Assembly (NCBI GenBank): GCA_035221665.1
Contig: CM069140.1
Coordinates: 16,244,001-16,308,000, forward strand
DNA length: 64,000 nt
Source: Okamejei kenojei
Taxonomy: Eukaryota
Direction of reading: 5' to 3'
The position numbers and the translations under genes were made by a program. This document shows, piece by piece, positions 1 through 11,100 of the stretch. The notes under the pieces were generated by a model that was not told the origin of the DNA, did no database searches, and saw only the letters and a list, made by a program, of their open reading frames with translations. The number at the start of each line of letters is the position of its first letter. Position 1 is the stretch's first letter.

Positions 1-256
1 GCCGGCTGCCGCCCCGGCTGGTGTTCCCTGCATGCCTCGGTCCCCGTCGCGGGCGCCTCGTTTCCCTCTGCGCGGGTCCCCTGTTGCCGATCGCGGTTCT
101 CCCTCTCCTGTTTCTCCCACCCCAATGCCCTTCCCTGGTTCCCCAGCTGCCTTGCGTCCTCCTGCTTCTTCTGCTCTTTCGGGGGGAGGGGGAGACGTCC
201 GTACGCGCTCGGGCAGGATCAGTAAGCCGCCTGTTCGCTACGGCGATTTCGTTTAA
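1..256 (+). mobile_element. 3' end of LTR retrotransposon pol/integrase (Ty3/Gypsy-like), cut by the window edge
   Basis: Pro/Ser-rich tail ending RTRSGRISKPPVRYGDFV*, typical of gypsy integrase C-termini. It is followed by a polypurine tract and an LTR. Confidence 0.7.
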
Positions 257-306
257 TTCTGCTGTTTAATTCGGTTGTCGTGACAACAATCTGTTTTTTG
301 ATTTCT

Positions 307-504
307 AAGGGGAAGGATGTAGATGGTTTATATGCAACCAATAATATAGTTACCTCACTCCCATTAACCCCGCCCAGTTAACATCAATCATAACGCCTTC
401 CCCTCAGTAGGAAAATGTAGCCGGTGCTTGAAGGTGTATGTAATACCCAGTGCTATCATTAAAAGATGTTGCACACTTAAGAGCTTGTAAAGTTTTCATT
501 TACA
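307..504 (+). mobile_element. Polypurine tract (307-317) and 3' LTR (318-504)
   Basis: aaggggaagga is directly followed by TGTA...TACA termini, with an ATTAAA polyA-like signal near 458. Confidence 0.7.
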
Positions 505-1395
505 CACACTGTATCATTCTATGACTATGACATCTCTAGTATTACATGGACAGCATCTAAAGTTTCATATAATCCCCAAGCCATTTTTAAATCCCATTTC
601 AGGTGTGGTTGGGATGGGGTGATAGGTTCTGATTCTGCCTGGATTCAGCAAATAGTACTATGCACACAGGGATCCCATAAATCATTGTTATTGCTAAAAG
701 ATATTTCCTGCTTTAGGGTGTGTCCCACTTTCACAACCTAATTCACAACCTTTTTTACTCGAGGACATTTTTCATCAGGCTAGAAAAACGCCCCGGCCTA
801 CTTGATGCCACGAGTACCTACGACTAGCATCACGACTAGCATCAGGCCCTTTTGGTTATATAATTTTGTTTGATTTCTGAGTAAATCTTTAAAAGAACAG
901 TTGAGACATTGACGGAGCTGAGATAAAGCTATTTATTTTGGACCATTTGCTCCGCCAAATATCCTTTCCCTGACACTTCCTGTGTTTTACCAAGGGAAAC
1001 AAGTTAATGTCTTTGATAACTTTATTTCTCAGAAAATCCATGCGGTAATTCAATTCAGCAAATACCACACATCCTCTCATTCGCAAGCGAAGCAGAATAG
1101 GGCCCAAAAAGGTTGAATTTCCAAGTAAAGGTATTTTTCAGTTCAAATAAAATGAAATTTCTGTTGATTTAATTTTGCTGAGGCTCTAATTGTCTTAAAT
1201 TTAGCTGAATATCATTTCCATATTTTCTGTGAAATTATGAAAAACTGTTCCATTTTGCATCAGTGTGATGGTAACGAAAAATAAGATTATACAACTGGAG
1301 AACTTCCGGCATTTCTTTTATAGGCTATGTTTCGTCCTTTGTTCAAGTAGGATCGTTTTCTGCGTAGATTATCTTTTTATCGTGAATTTATCGCC

Positions 1396-1556
1396 CAACA
1401 TGCCCACACCGGCCGACATGTCCCAGCTACACTAGTCCCACCTGCCTGTGCTTGGTCCAACCGGACCTATCCATGTACCTATCTAACTGTCTCTTAAACG
1501 TTGGGAAAGTCGCAGCCTCAACTATCTCCTCTGGCAGCTTGTTACATACACCCACC
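1396..1556 (-). mobile_element. CR1/HER1 LINE 3' fragment
   Basis: Minus-strand peptide VGVCNKLPEEIVEAATFPTFKRQLDRYM matches the CR1 ORF2 C-terminus seen many times in the window. Confidence 0.75.
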
Positions 1557-2339
1557 ATTACGGGTGAGATATTATCTTTTGAAATGCTAGTTTTAGTTTC
1601 AAGCTGACTTCTGCAGACACAACAAACTCGCAAAGATTAATTCTTTTTGCACAGGAAACACATGACAGTGCTGATGGTTAATGTAGAAAAATCACACTGA
1701 TTCCCAATAGGATTACGCGCACATTAAAATTAATTCTTTATCAACTTCACGTTTTCCCATGAGTCCAGACATACACCTCATAAAAAAATGTTAAATATGT
1801 TCAAAAAGGATAATGTGATGCCAAATGTCAACAAAGTTGACGTATGCCGATTCAGGAAAATGAACCACTCTTCCTTATTTGTTAATATCGGCCCATGTTG
1901 AGGAGCAAGTTCTTCCTCAGTTAATGGCTTTTTAAAACTTAATTCTCAAGATGCGGACAACTTTACAAATACATTAATTGAGTCATACGGCATGGAAACA
2001 GGAGACCTGAGATTATGCAGATACAGGGGTCTGGGTCAAATATTAAACTGCTGACTGAATTTGGTCAGTCAGAGAGCATCTGTGGAAGAATGTGGAAAGT
2101 TGAGACACTTCCATCTTTGGTCCGCTGAGTACACTCGTACTATCAAGTACCCATTTATACTCATCCTATATTAATACTTTTTTTATTCAAATCACATTCC
2201 CATCAGCTCACTGCAGATTCCGCTGTTCATCTACATACCATGGACAAGTTACCGTGACCAGTTAACTACCAATGCACGCAGCTTTGGGATGTGGCAAGAA
2301 TCAGGGGCAACACACATGGTCACAAGAAGATGTTTAGAC

Positions 2340-2960
2340 CAAGTAAGTCTGAAAGGAATGAGAGGCAGGAGCAGATTAATAAACATGGTGAGTATGGTGG
2401 GCTGAAGTGTGTTTATTTAAATGCAAGGAGTATTGTGGGTAAAGAAGATGAATGTAGAGCGTGCATCAGTGCATGGGACAATGATGTGGTGGTCATTACA
2501 GAGTCTTAGTTGTGAGAGGGATGGGTCTAGCAGTTTAATGTTCCCACGTTTTGATATTTCAGATGCGATCGAGAAGGAGGAAGAAGTGGAGGTGGATTTG
2601 CATTAATGACGGATACCTAAGCAATATGACTAGAGCTCAAAAACAAGAAAAGTGAAATCACCCTGATTGGATTCTACTGTAGGCCTCCCAATTGCCAGCA
2701 GGGGATAGAGGAATAGATATGTGGACAGATTATGGAAAGATGTGAAATCAGATGGAAAACAGGGTTGTTGTCCTGAGTAACTTTATCTTCCCAATTGACT
2801 GGGACTTCCGTAATGCAAGGAGATTGGATGGAGTAACATTTGTTCTGTGAATCTAAGAGGCTCTTGGAACAATATGCGGATGATCCCACTTGAGGATGGA
2901 CCACATTGGAAATAAGCTTGACCAGATGACTGGAGTTTCTGTGGCTGAGCATTTTTGGAA
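2340..2960 (+). mobile_element. Decayed CR1 LINE, APE endonuclease region
   Basis: LKCVYLNARSIVGK..DVVVITES motif, with stops and frameshifts. Confidence 0.75.
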
Positions 2961-2963
2961 CAA

Positions 2964-3520
2964 TAGACAAAAATGCTGGAGAAACTCAGCGGGTGAGACA
3001 GCATCTATGGAGCGAAGGAATCGGTGACGTTTCGGGTCGAGATAATTCTTCAGACTGATGTGGGGGTGGTGGGGGCGGGAAGAAGAAAGGAAGAGGCAGA
3101 GACAGTGGGCTGTGGGAGAGCTAGGAAGGGGAGGGGAAGGTGGGAGAAAGCAAGGACGACCTGAAATTGGAGAAGTCAATGTTCATACCGCTGGGGTGTA
3201 AACTGCCCAAGCGAAATATGAGGTGCTGCTCCTCCAATTTGTGGTGGGACTCACTCTGGCCATGGAGGAGGCCCAGGGCAAAAAGGTCAGATTCGGAATG
3301 GGAGGGGGAGTTGAAATGCTGAGCTAGCAGGAGATCAGGTTGGTTAATGCGAACTGAGCGGAGGTGTTGGGCAAAGCGATCGCCAGGCCTGCTCTGAGTC
3401 TCACCGATGTAGAGCAGTTGACACCTGGAACAGCGGATGCAATAGATGAGGTTGGAGGAGGTGCAGGTGAACCTCTGGAACGACTGCTTGGGTCCTTGAA
3501 TGGAGTCGAGGGGGGAGGGG
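2964..3520 (-). mobile_element. Penelope-like element fragment (GIY-YIG endonuclease and hammerhead-bearing terminal repeat)
   Basis: FTCTSSNLIYCIRCSRCQLLYIGET..R..QH..LAQHFN..EQHLIFRLGSLHPSGMN is a PLE GIY-YIG domain. A hammerhead-like motif lies at 3026-3053. Confidence 0.85.
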
Positions 3521-3524
3521 GAGA

Positions 3525-5345
3525 AATAGAACTGAGAGTTTAGTAGGGGATAAGAGTCTAACGTCAGGCAACATGGGGACCAATTCGGGCAGAGTGAATA
3601 CTGAACTAAAGGTGTTATATTTGAATGCACGCAGAACATAAAATAAGGATGAGCTTATAATGCAGCTAGAATTTGGCAGGTACCACATTGCGGGCATCAC
3701 AGAGTCGTGGCTGAAAGAGGATCAGAGACGAGAGCTCAATATACAAGGTTACACATCCTATTGAGAAGACAGACAGGTAGGCCCAGGTGGTGGGATATCT
3801 CTGCTGGTCAGGAATGAAATTCAGTCCTTAGGAAGGGATAACATAGGATCAGAAAATGTAGAATCCTTGTGGGTACAACTAAGAAACTAAGAAAAGGGTA
3901 AAAAGACCCCGATGGGAGTCACATACAGGCCTCCGAAAACTAGCTGCCAGGAAGTGGGAAACAAATGACATCAGGAGATACAATTGGCATGTAAGAAAGA
4001 CAATGTTACAGTGCTCATGGGAAATTTCAATACTCAGGTAGACTGGGAAAATCAGGTTGGTACGGGATCCCAAGAGAAGGAATTTGTAGAGTGCCTACAT
4101 GATGGCTTCTTGTGGTTGAGCCTACTACGGAAACGGCGATTCTGGATTTGGCATAATGAACCAGATTTGATTAGGGAGCTTAAGGTGAAGGAACCCCTAG
4201 GAGGCGATGATCATAATATGATACGTTTCAACCTACAGTTTGAGAAGGAGAAACTTAAATTGGATACATCAGTATTACTGTTGAGTAAAGGTGACTACAG
4301 AGGCAGGAGGGAGGGGCAGGCTAAATTTGATTGGAAAGGGACCCCAGCAGGAATGATGAAGGAGCAGCAATGGCAGGAGTTTCTGGGAGTAACTTGTAAG
4401 ACTCGGATCTTTATTTCCCCAAAGAAGAAGAAACATACCAAAGGGAGAATGAGACAACCATTGCTAACATGAGAAGTCAAAGACAGCATTAAGCTAAAGA
4501 GAAATCATATAATGTGGCAAATATTATCAGGAAGCTAGATGATTAGGAAGCTTTTAAAAACCAAGAGAAGGCAACTAAAAGAGCATTATGGGGAAAAAGG
4601 ATGCGGGTAAGCATGCCAATTGATATAAAAGAGGATATTAAATGTTTTTTCCAGTGCATAAGGAGTAAAAGAGAGGCAAGAGTGGACATGAACAACTGGA
4701 AAATGATACTGGAGAAGCGGTCATTGGGAACAAAGAGATGGCAGACGAACTGAATATTTTTTGCATCAGTTTCACAGTGAAAGACACAGCAACATGCCAG
4801 AATTTCAAGAGAGGCAGGGGGCTGAAATGAGTGCAGTTGCTATTCATGAGGAGAAGGTGCTTGGGAAGCTAAAAGATTGAAGGTGGATAAGTCATCTGGA
4901 CAGGATGCATTGCACCCGAGGGCTCTGAATAATATAGCTGCAAAGATTGTCGAGGCATTAGTAGTGACCTTTCAAGAATCACTAGAGTCAGGAATTATTC
5001 CAGAGGACTGGAAAATTGCAAATGTAACTCCACTAAGAAGGGAACAAGACAAAAGAAAGGAAACTTTAAGCCAATTAGCCTGACTTCAGAAGTTCAAAGA
5101 TTTTAGAGTCCATTATTAAGGATGAGGTGTCATGGTACTTGGAGGTACATGGTAAAATAGGCAGACAAGAATGATGAACATAGGAGAGTCAGTGGATATT
5201 GTTTACTTGGATTTCCGGAAGGCCTTTGATATGGTGCCGTACACATAGCTGCTAAACAGGTTTTAACCCCATGGTATTAGAGGCACGATACCAGAATGGA
5301 TAGAAGATTGTCTGACAGGTAGAAGGCAAAGAGCGGGAATAAAAG
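3525..5345 (+). mobile_element. Decayed CR1/HER1 LINE ORF2 (APE to RT)
   Basis: Peptides LMGNFN, EPLGGDDHNMIRF, KSSGQDALHPRAL and PEDWKIANVTP, with many disruptions. Confidence 0.85.
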
Positions 5346-5369
5346 TTGTAGCATCGGGGCTGTCATCAG

Positions 5370-5850
5370 GTTCAATATCTTTGCCTCCTATGTGGGCACA
5401 GTCCCTCATTATCTATGTGGGCACAGTCCCTCATTATCTGTGAGGCACTGGCAGTCAGTCTCAGGCTTGCCCGGCCACTCAATCCTGACCTCAGTGACGG
5501 CACTGGATGTCCATGGCTTTTCCTGACAACCACGTGGTGGTGCTGGTGGGCGCATGCTTGTCGTAGTGGATCAGTATTCCTCCCACCTGCAACAGTGATA
5601 ATAAGCGGAGAATTATTGGGGACATTGTGAATTTCTTTGTTTTCTGAGGATGTAGAGGCTCTTGGCTGTGGCATCAATGTGGTAGGATCAGGAAGAATTA
5701 TTGTGAACTGGAAACTGTTGATCGTCTCCACTGCAGGTTCACTGTTGTGCAATGGGGTGTGTACTACACCCGGCTTCCTACGTCAATGACCAGAACTTTT
5801 GTTTTGTTAATGTCAAAGTAGAGGTTGATGTCGTCACTCTATTACTTTTA
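5370..5850 (-). mobile_element. Decayed Rex1/Babar-like LINE fragment
   Basis: Minus strand gives remnants like KTKVLVID and VETINSFQFT; it resembles the Rex1 copy at 42288-43440. Confidence 0.5.
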
Positions 5851-6196
5851 CAAAGGAACTGTGCCTCATATTTTGCGTGGGTAGCTTACACCCCAGCGGT
5901 ATGAACATTGACTTCTCTAACTTTAAATAGCCTTTGCTTTCCCTCTCTCTCCATCTCCACCCCATTCTCAGTTCTCCCACCGGTCTTACTGTCTCCATCT
6001 ACGTTCTTGGACTTGGAACTTGGAACTTGGAAAACTTTATTGTCATTCAGACCTTGCGGTCTGAACGAAATTTCGTTGCCTGCAGTCATACATATAGTAA
6101 ATAACAAAAACACACAATAAACACATATTTAACATCCACCATAGTGAGTTCACCAGGCATCTCCTCACTGTGGTGGAAGGCAAAAATCTTGTCTTT

Positions 6197-6441
6197 AGAA
6201 ACATAGAAACATAGAAATTAGGTGCAGGAGCAGGCCATTCGGCCCTTCGAGCCTGCACCGCCATTCAATATAATCATGGCTGATCATCCAACTCAGTATC
6301 CTGTACCTGCCTTCTCTCCATACCCCCTGATCCCTTCAGCCACAAGGGCCACATCCAACTCCCTCTTAAATATGGCCAACGAACTGGCCTCAACTACCTT
6401 CTGTGGCAGAGAATTCCACAGATTTGCCACTCTCTGTGTGA
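6197..6441 (-). mobile_element. CR1/HER1 3' end with (tagaaaca)n tail
   Basis: FTQRVANLWNSLPQKVVEASSLAIFKRELD, the 3' stem-loop, and an 8-bp tail repeat. Confidence 0.85.
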
Positions 6442-7920
6442 ATTGTCTTTGTCTCCACTCTTTGTCTTTGTCTTTGTCTCTTCCCTTCTTCCTCTTCCTC
6501 TGCGCTGAGGCGACCCGGGCCTCCGATGTAGTGACCGCACCGGGTGATGTAAATAAGTCCCGCAGGTGAACCGCGCTCCGCGAGTGGGTCGGTTCAACTC
6601 CCCGGCCCGTTCTATCTCTGCCCCGCCCACTCCCCTGACATTGGTCTGAAGAAGGGCCTCGACCCGAAACAACACCCATTCCTTCTCTCCAGAGGTGCTG
6701 CCTGTCGCGCTGTGTTACTCCAGCATTTTGTGTCTGCCCTATTACTAATCTCTCTACCTCCTGTGCTCCATCTCATCATTGTTTGTGATTCGATCCACTA
6801 TGGTGGTATCATCTACAAACCTGTAAATGGAGTTAGAGCCGAATTTATGAAGCAAAAGTATGTAACCTTATGATGAGAGTATTTGAGTACAGGAGTAAGG
6901 ATGTCTTTCTGCAATTACAAAGATCCTTAGGAAGACTACACGTGGGGCATTATGTTCAGTTTTGCTCTCTGTAACCAAAAGACATGTTCTTGTATAAAGG
7001 GAGTGCAAAAAAAAAAATCAACAGGTTCCGGGAATGGTAAGTTTTCATTAGGAGGAGATATTGAATAGACTGGGCCTGTTTTTCTCTCGAGATTAGAATA
7101 AGAGGAAATAGGGAGGATGTTTTCCTTCTCTGAGAAATCTGAACCAGAGATCTCAGTCATGGAACGGACATTAGATAATTTAGGACTCAGATGAGGAGTA
7201 ATGTTCAGATAATCATGGAAGGAAGGGATTTATGAATGAGATGGAGTTAGAAGATCAGCTATGATCTTGATGATTAGCAGAGCAAGCTGGAGGGGACAAA
7301 TGACCTAAAATATTTCCTTTGATCCTCAAGCAGAGAAATGTACGGTGATGCAGTTTGGTGGGCTGGACAATGTGGAATAAAGCATACTGTCCCAAAAGAG
7401 GTGCATGAGCAGAGGGACTTGGGTTTGATCTGACTTATGAGGTGCTCTGGGAGAGAGTTGGAAAAGACACAGTTGGCTAAATGACCCCCTCACCCCCACC
7501 CAGTGCTGCACGGGAGGAAACTGATGTGGGCATAGGTCAGTGAAGATGGTTAAAACACGAAAATAAATTGGTCTTGTCGTCAAAAAGGTGAAAAAGAAAG
7601 AAGGCGATTGGCAAATAATTAATAGTGACATGAGGGAAACAAAACGTGTTTGCATCCCAAGAAAATTGGAAACATTAATGGCAGGAAAGGATTTGCAAGA
7701 CAATGGGGAGAAGAGCAAGGGTGGGGCACAAATGGATGGCCCTTAGTTTGTGCTGGCACGAACTCAATGGGCCGAGTGGCTCTCGTTCGTGCGTAAAAAG
7801 CATTTAAAAGAGATTACGTGATTCTGCGCTTCCATAAATGTCGGGTTATGATCTGCAAGATATGGAATTGGGAAACTTGGAGAAAATGATGTGGTTATTT
7901 GAACTGTGATGCCCTTTGTG

Positions 7921-8041
7921 GTAAATTCCCTTCAGCAGAGGAGCCAGGAGCCAGTGAACGGTGCGTGGTCGGGAATGCTCGCCTGACGCCAAGGGGAGTC
8001 CCCTGCGCTTCCAGACGGGGTTATAAAGCGGGGCGGCGGAG
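7921..8041 (+). promoter_or_regulatory. VCAM1-like proximal promoter: kB-like site 7921-7930, CRE half-site 7984, NF-kB consensus GGGAGTCCCC 7994-8003, TATAAA 8022-8027, GC box 8030-8037
   Basis: The motifs are read directly from sequence. TATA lies ~100 bp upstream of the ATG. Mammalian VCAM1 promoters carry TATA-proximal kB sites. Confidence 0.6.
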
Positions 8042-8128
8042 CCCAGGCTCACAGCTCCAGAGCCTGGCGCCTCTTGCAGAAGTGAAGGCAACCTCGGCTT
8101 GTGTGTGTGTCCGAGTGCAGGCTGAACC

Positions 8129-8189
8129 ATGGCGGGAGGGAGATGCGACCCAGCCGCTACAATTACTCTTGCGTTGCTGCTCGCCACAG
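8129..8189 (+). CDS. VCAM1: Exon 1, signal peptide MAGGRCDPAATITLALLLAT(G)
   Basis: Kozak accATGg, hydrophobic stretch, and a phase-1 GT donor at 8190. Confidence 0.8.
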
Positions 8190-11100
8190 GTTTCTAATTT
8201 ATTTTACAGCACTAATAATCTGCATTTTCTTCTGATTCGTTTTGTGTTGCATATCAGGCACCAAAGTGTCAATTTTGAATCTGTTTGTTTAAAGAAATAA
8301 AGAGGTGAACATTTAAAGCGTTAAACTTGTAAGCTTTAAAATAATAATAATATTGCCTTTGTGTTGTTTGAAAACTGCAGGATCCGCCTTCAATTTGGAG
8401 TTAAACCCGTCTGGAAACGTGTGGGCTCGTATCGGGGACTCGCTGGAGTTGAACTGTCTGGCGACGAGCTGCTCGTCTCCGACCTTCATGTGGACAATCG
8501 GCACCGATAACCCCCTGGGCGGAAGAAGCACAACTCGGGGCTCGGTGTCCACATTCACCATCTCCGCGGTTACCCCGCAGAACGAACACAAGTACACTTG
8601 TTCCGCAAAATGCGGCGCAGAAGGAAAACGAAAATATGCCAACCTCCAGATATTCTGTGAGTATTAACCCATCTCCTGACTGTAAACTTGTTGCAACTTT
8701 GTCCGTCCAGATAAAAGTTAAAAAAAACTGGAAACTCTCAACTATTCGTGCAGCCTCCACGAAGAGAGAAATCGAATCTCGACCCAAAACCTTTTCTCTC
8801 TCTACCCAGCTGCCTGACCCGCTGAGTTACTCCAGCTTTTTGTGTCTATCTTCGGTTTAAACCGGCATCTGCATTTCCATCCTATGGCCCTGTCTCACCG
8901 TGCGAGTCATCCCACAAGTGACCCCAAGTGAAAGAAAAAAAACAGACTCGTGGTTATGTAGGAGATTTCAGGTTTATGATCAAGTGTTTAACCGAGTTCC
9001 CACGGGTATGTCATTGCTGCGATGTTCCAAGTTCCTCTCCCGAGTTACCAAGTTCCTCTCCCGTTACTCTTGGAGCCAACCGTGAATGAAGGTAAGTGTG
9101 TGAGGGTGTCTGGGTGCCGGCCGCAGCCGCTGTTCTTTCACATCAGTTGCACATCAGATTGTTGGGAGACGGAGCTCAGGGTTCACCTCCTGAGCTGCTT
9201 TGGTGCCCAGGCGTAAGTTGAGGTGGAGGGTGGTTGGGGGTGGAGGGTGGTTGGGGGTGGGGTAATGACAGACAAGGCTCTTGGGTGCTGGGATCATTCT
9301 CTGCGGGATGGTCTTAGTGCGGGAGACATGTGTAGGAGAGGTGTGCTGACCGCAGGCAGACACTTTGGTAGTGATTGCCCACCAGTCTCAAAAGCCGCTG
9401 TGTCTCCCTGTCCCTATGATAGCAGGGGGCAATCAAGCCCCTCACCCTCCACGCCAACACAAAGGGCAACGATCCCAAGGCTTTAGGGGCAGAAACAGCG
9501 GGCAGGCGACAATCACCCGCCATAACGCGAGAGATATCATGCGCTATTTCCTTTGCACGTCGGTGTTTCTGTATTTCTCCATCTCATTGTTGGCCCTGTC
9601 TGTCGCCACCCCCACCCCCACCCCTCTGCTTCCCGGCCATGTGTGTGACCCCTTCCCTCCCCTCTCCAGCTCCCCGCCCATTGCACCGGGCGCGGGGGCT
9701 TCGCACCGTCTTCATGTTGGCGATGATCCCAAGGCTTTGGACGGAAGGCAGACGCAACAAGCTGGAGTAACAACGCGTGCCAGGTATCATCTCTGGCGAA
9801 TGTGGATAGGTGACATTTCGGATAAGGGCTCGTCTTCTGAAGAAGGATCTCGACCCGAAAAGTCACCTATTCCTTCTCTCCAGAGTTGCTGCCTGACCCG
9901 CAGGGTTACTCCAGCTTTTTTGTGTCTATCGTTGAATGGGTGACGTTTCGGGTCGAGACCCTTCTTCGGACTGAAAATAAAACTTGCCTCGCGTGAAGCG
10001 GCTTGTAAATTAAAACATAAAATCAAGAAATGTTAAAGGTTGACTCATTTATGTGCTGCTATTCATTCACCTGGCCTATTGCTGTCCTCCCTCGTCCACC
10101 GTGAGCGCCGGACAACTCACCGGGTGCAAACCTCCGCTGCATCCCGGGCGGAGGGCGATGATCACCGGACTGACCGGCAAGTAGAGGCGGCGGGTCGGCC
10201 AAGCCCGGCTCCCCGCCACCGGGATAGACACCAACTACTGGACTAAGCTGAGCGGGATCTCTGGAGAAGTCTGAAGTAGGGTCTCGACCCGAAATCTCAC
10301 CCATCCCATCTCTCCAGAGATGCTGCCTGTCCCTCGGAGTTACTCCAACATGGGCCACTACGTTATTACAACATGTTTGATTTTTTTTCACGAGTTAACA
10401 AGTTTCCCGAGTACCTGCCGTTAGCGCCACGAGTCGATAAGTTGCTCGTGCGAGTTCCGACGATCCCGCTACGTGATCACCACGAGTGAAAACTCGGGGT
10501 CACACGTGGGCTAACTCGCACCGTGAGACAGGGGTTTAACACTGAAAGGTCATTGTTCTGGGGAGATTTCACTCGTTGTAGCGCAGCGTCCGGGGAGAGC
10601 AGTTTTCCCTCTGTTTTCTCTCCACCAATACTGCCCGCCCAATGAGTATTTCCGGCACACGTTGTTTTATTCAGGGCCTTCCAACGGCTGCTTTTGTTTT
10701 GGTCTTTAACAATTTTACTTCACAGATTCATGAATGTTCAGAATTCGCCCATTCGGCTCATCGAGTCTATTCCGCCATTCAATCATGGCTGATCCATCTC
10801 TTCCTCCTAACCCCATTCTCCTGCCTTCTCCCCATAACCACAGACACCCGCACTAATCAAGAATCTGCCTATCTCTGCCTTAAATATATCCATTGCCTTG
10901 GCCTCCACAGCCTTCTGTGGCAATGAATTCCGCAGATTCACCACCCTCTGACTAAATCGATGGGCACCTTGGGCTCTGTACATTCCACCCTGAATCCCTG
11001 TTTGATTCCTGAATCCATGTGTCGTTGCAGCTCTGTCCGACACACTCATCGTGGAGACAGTGGGCAGTCTGGAAGTTGGCCAGAGAGGCTCTGTGAGATG

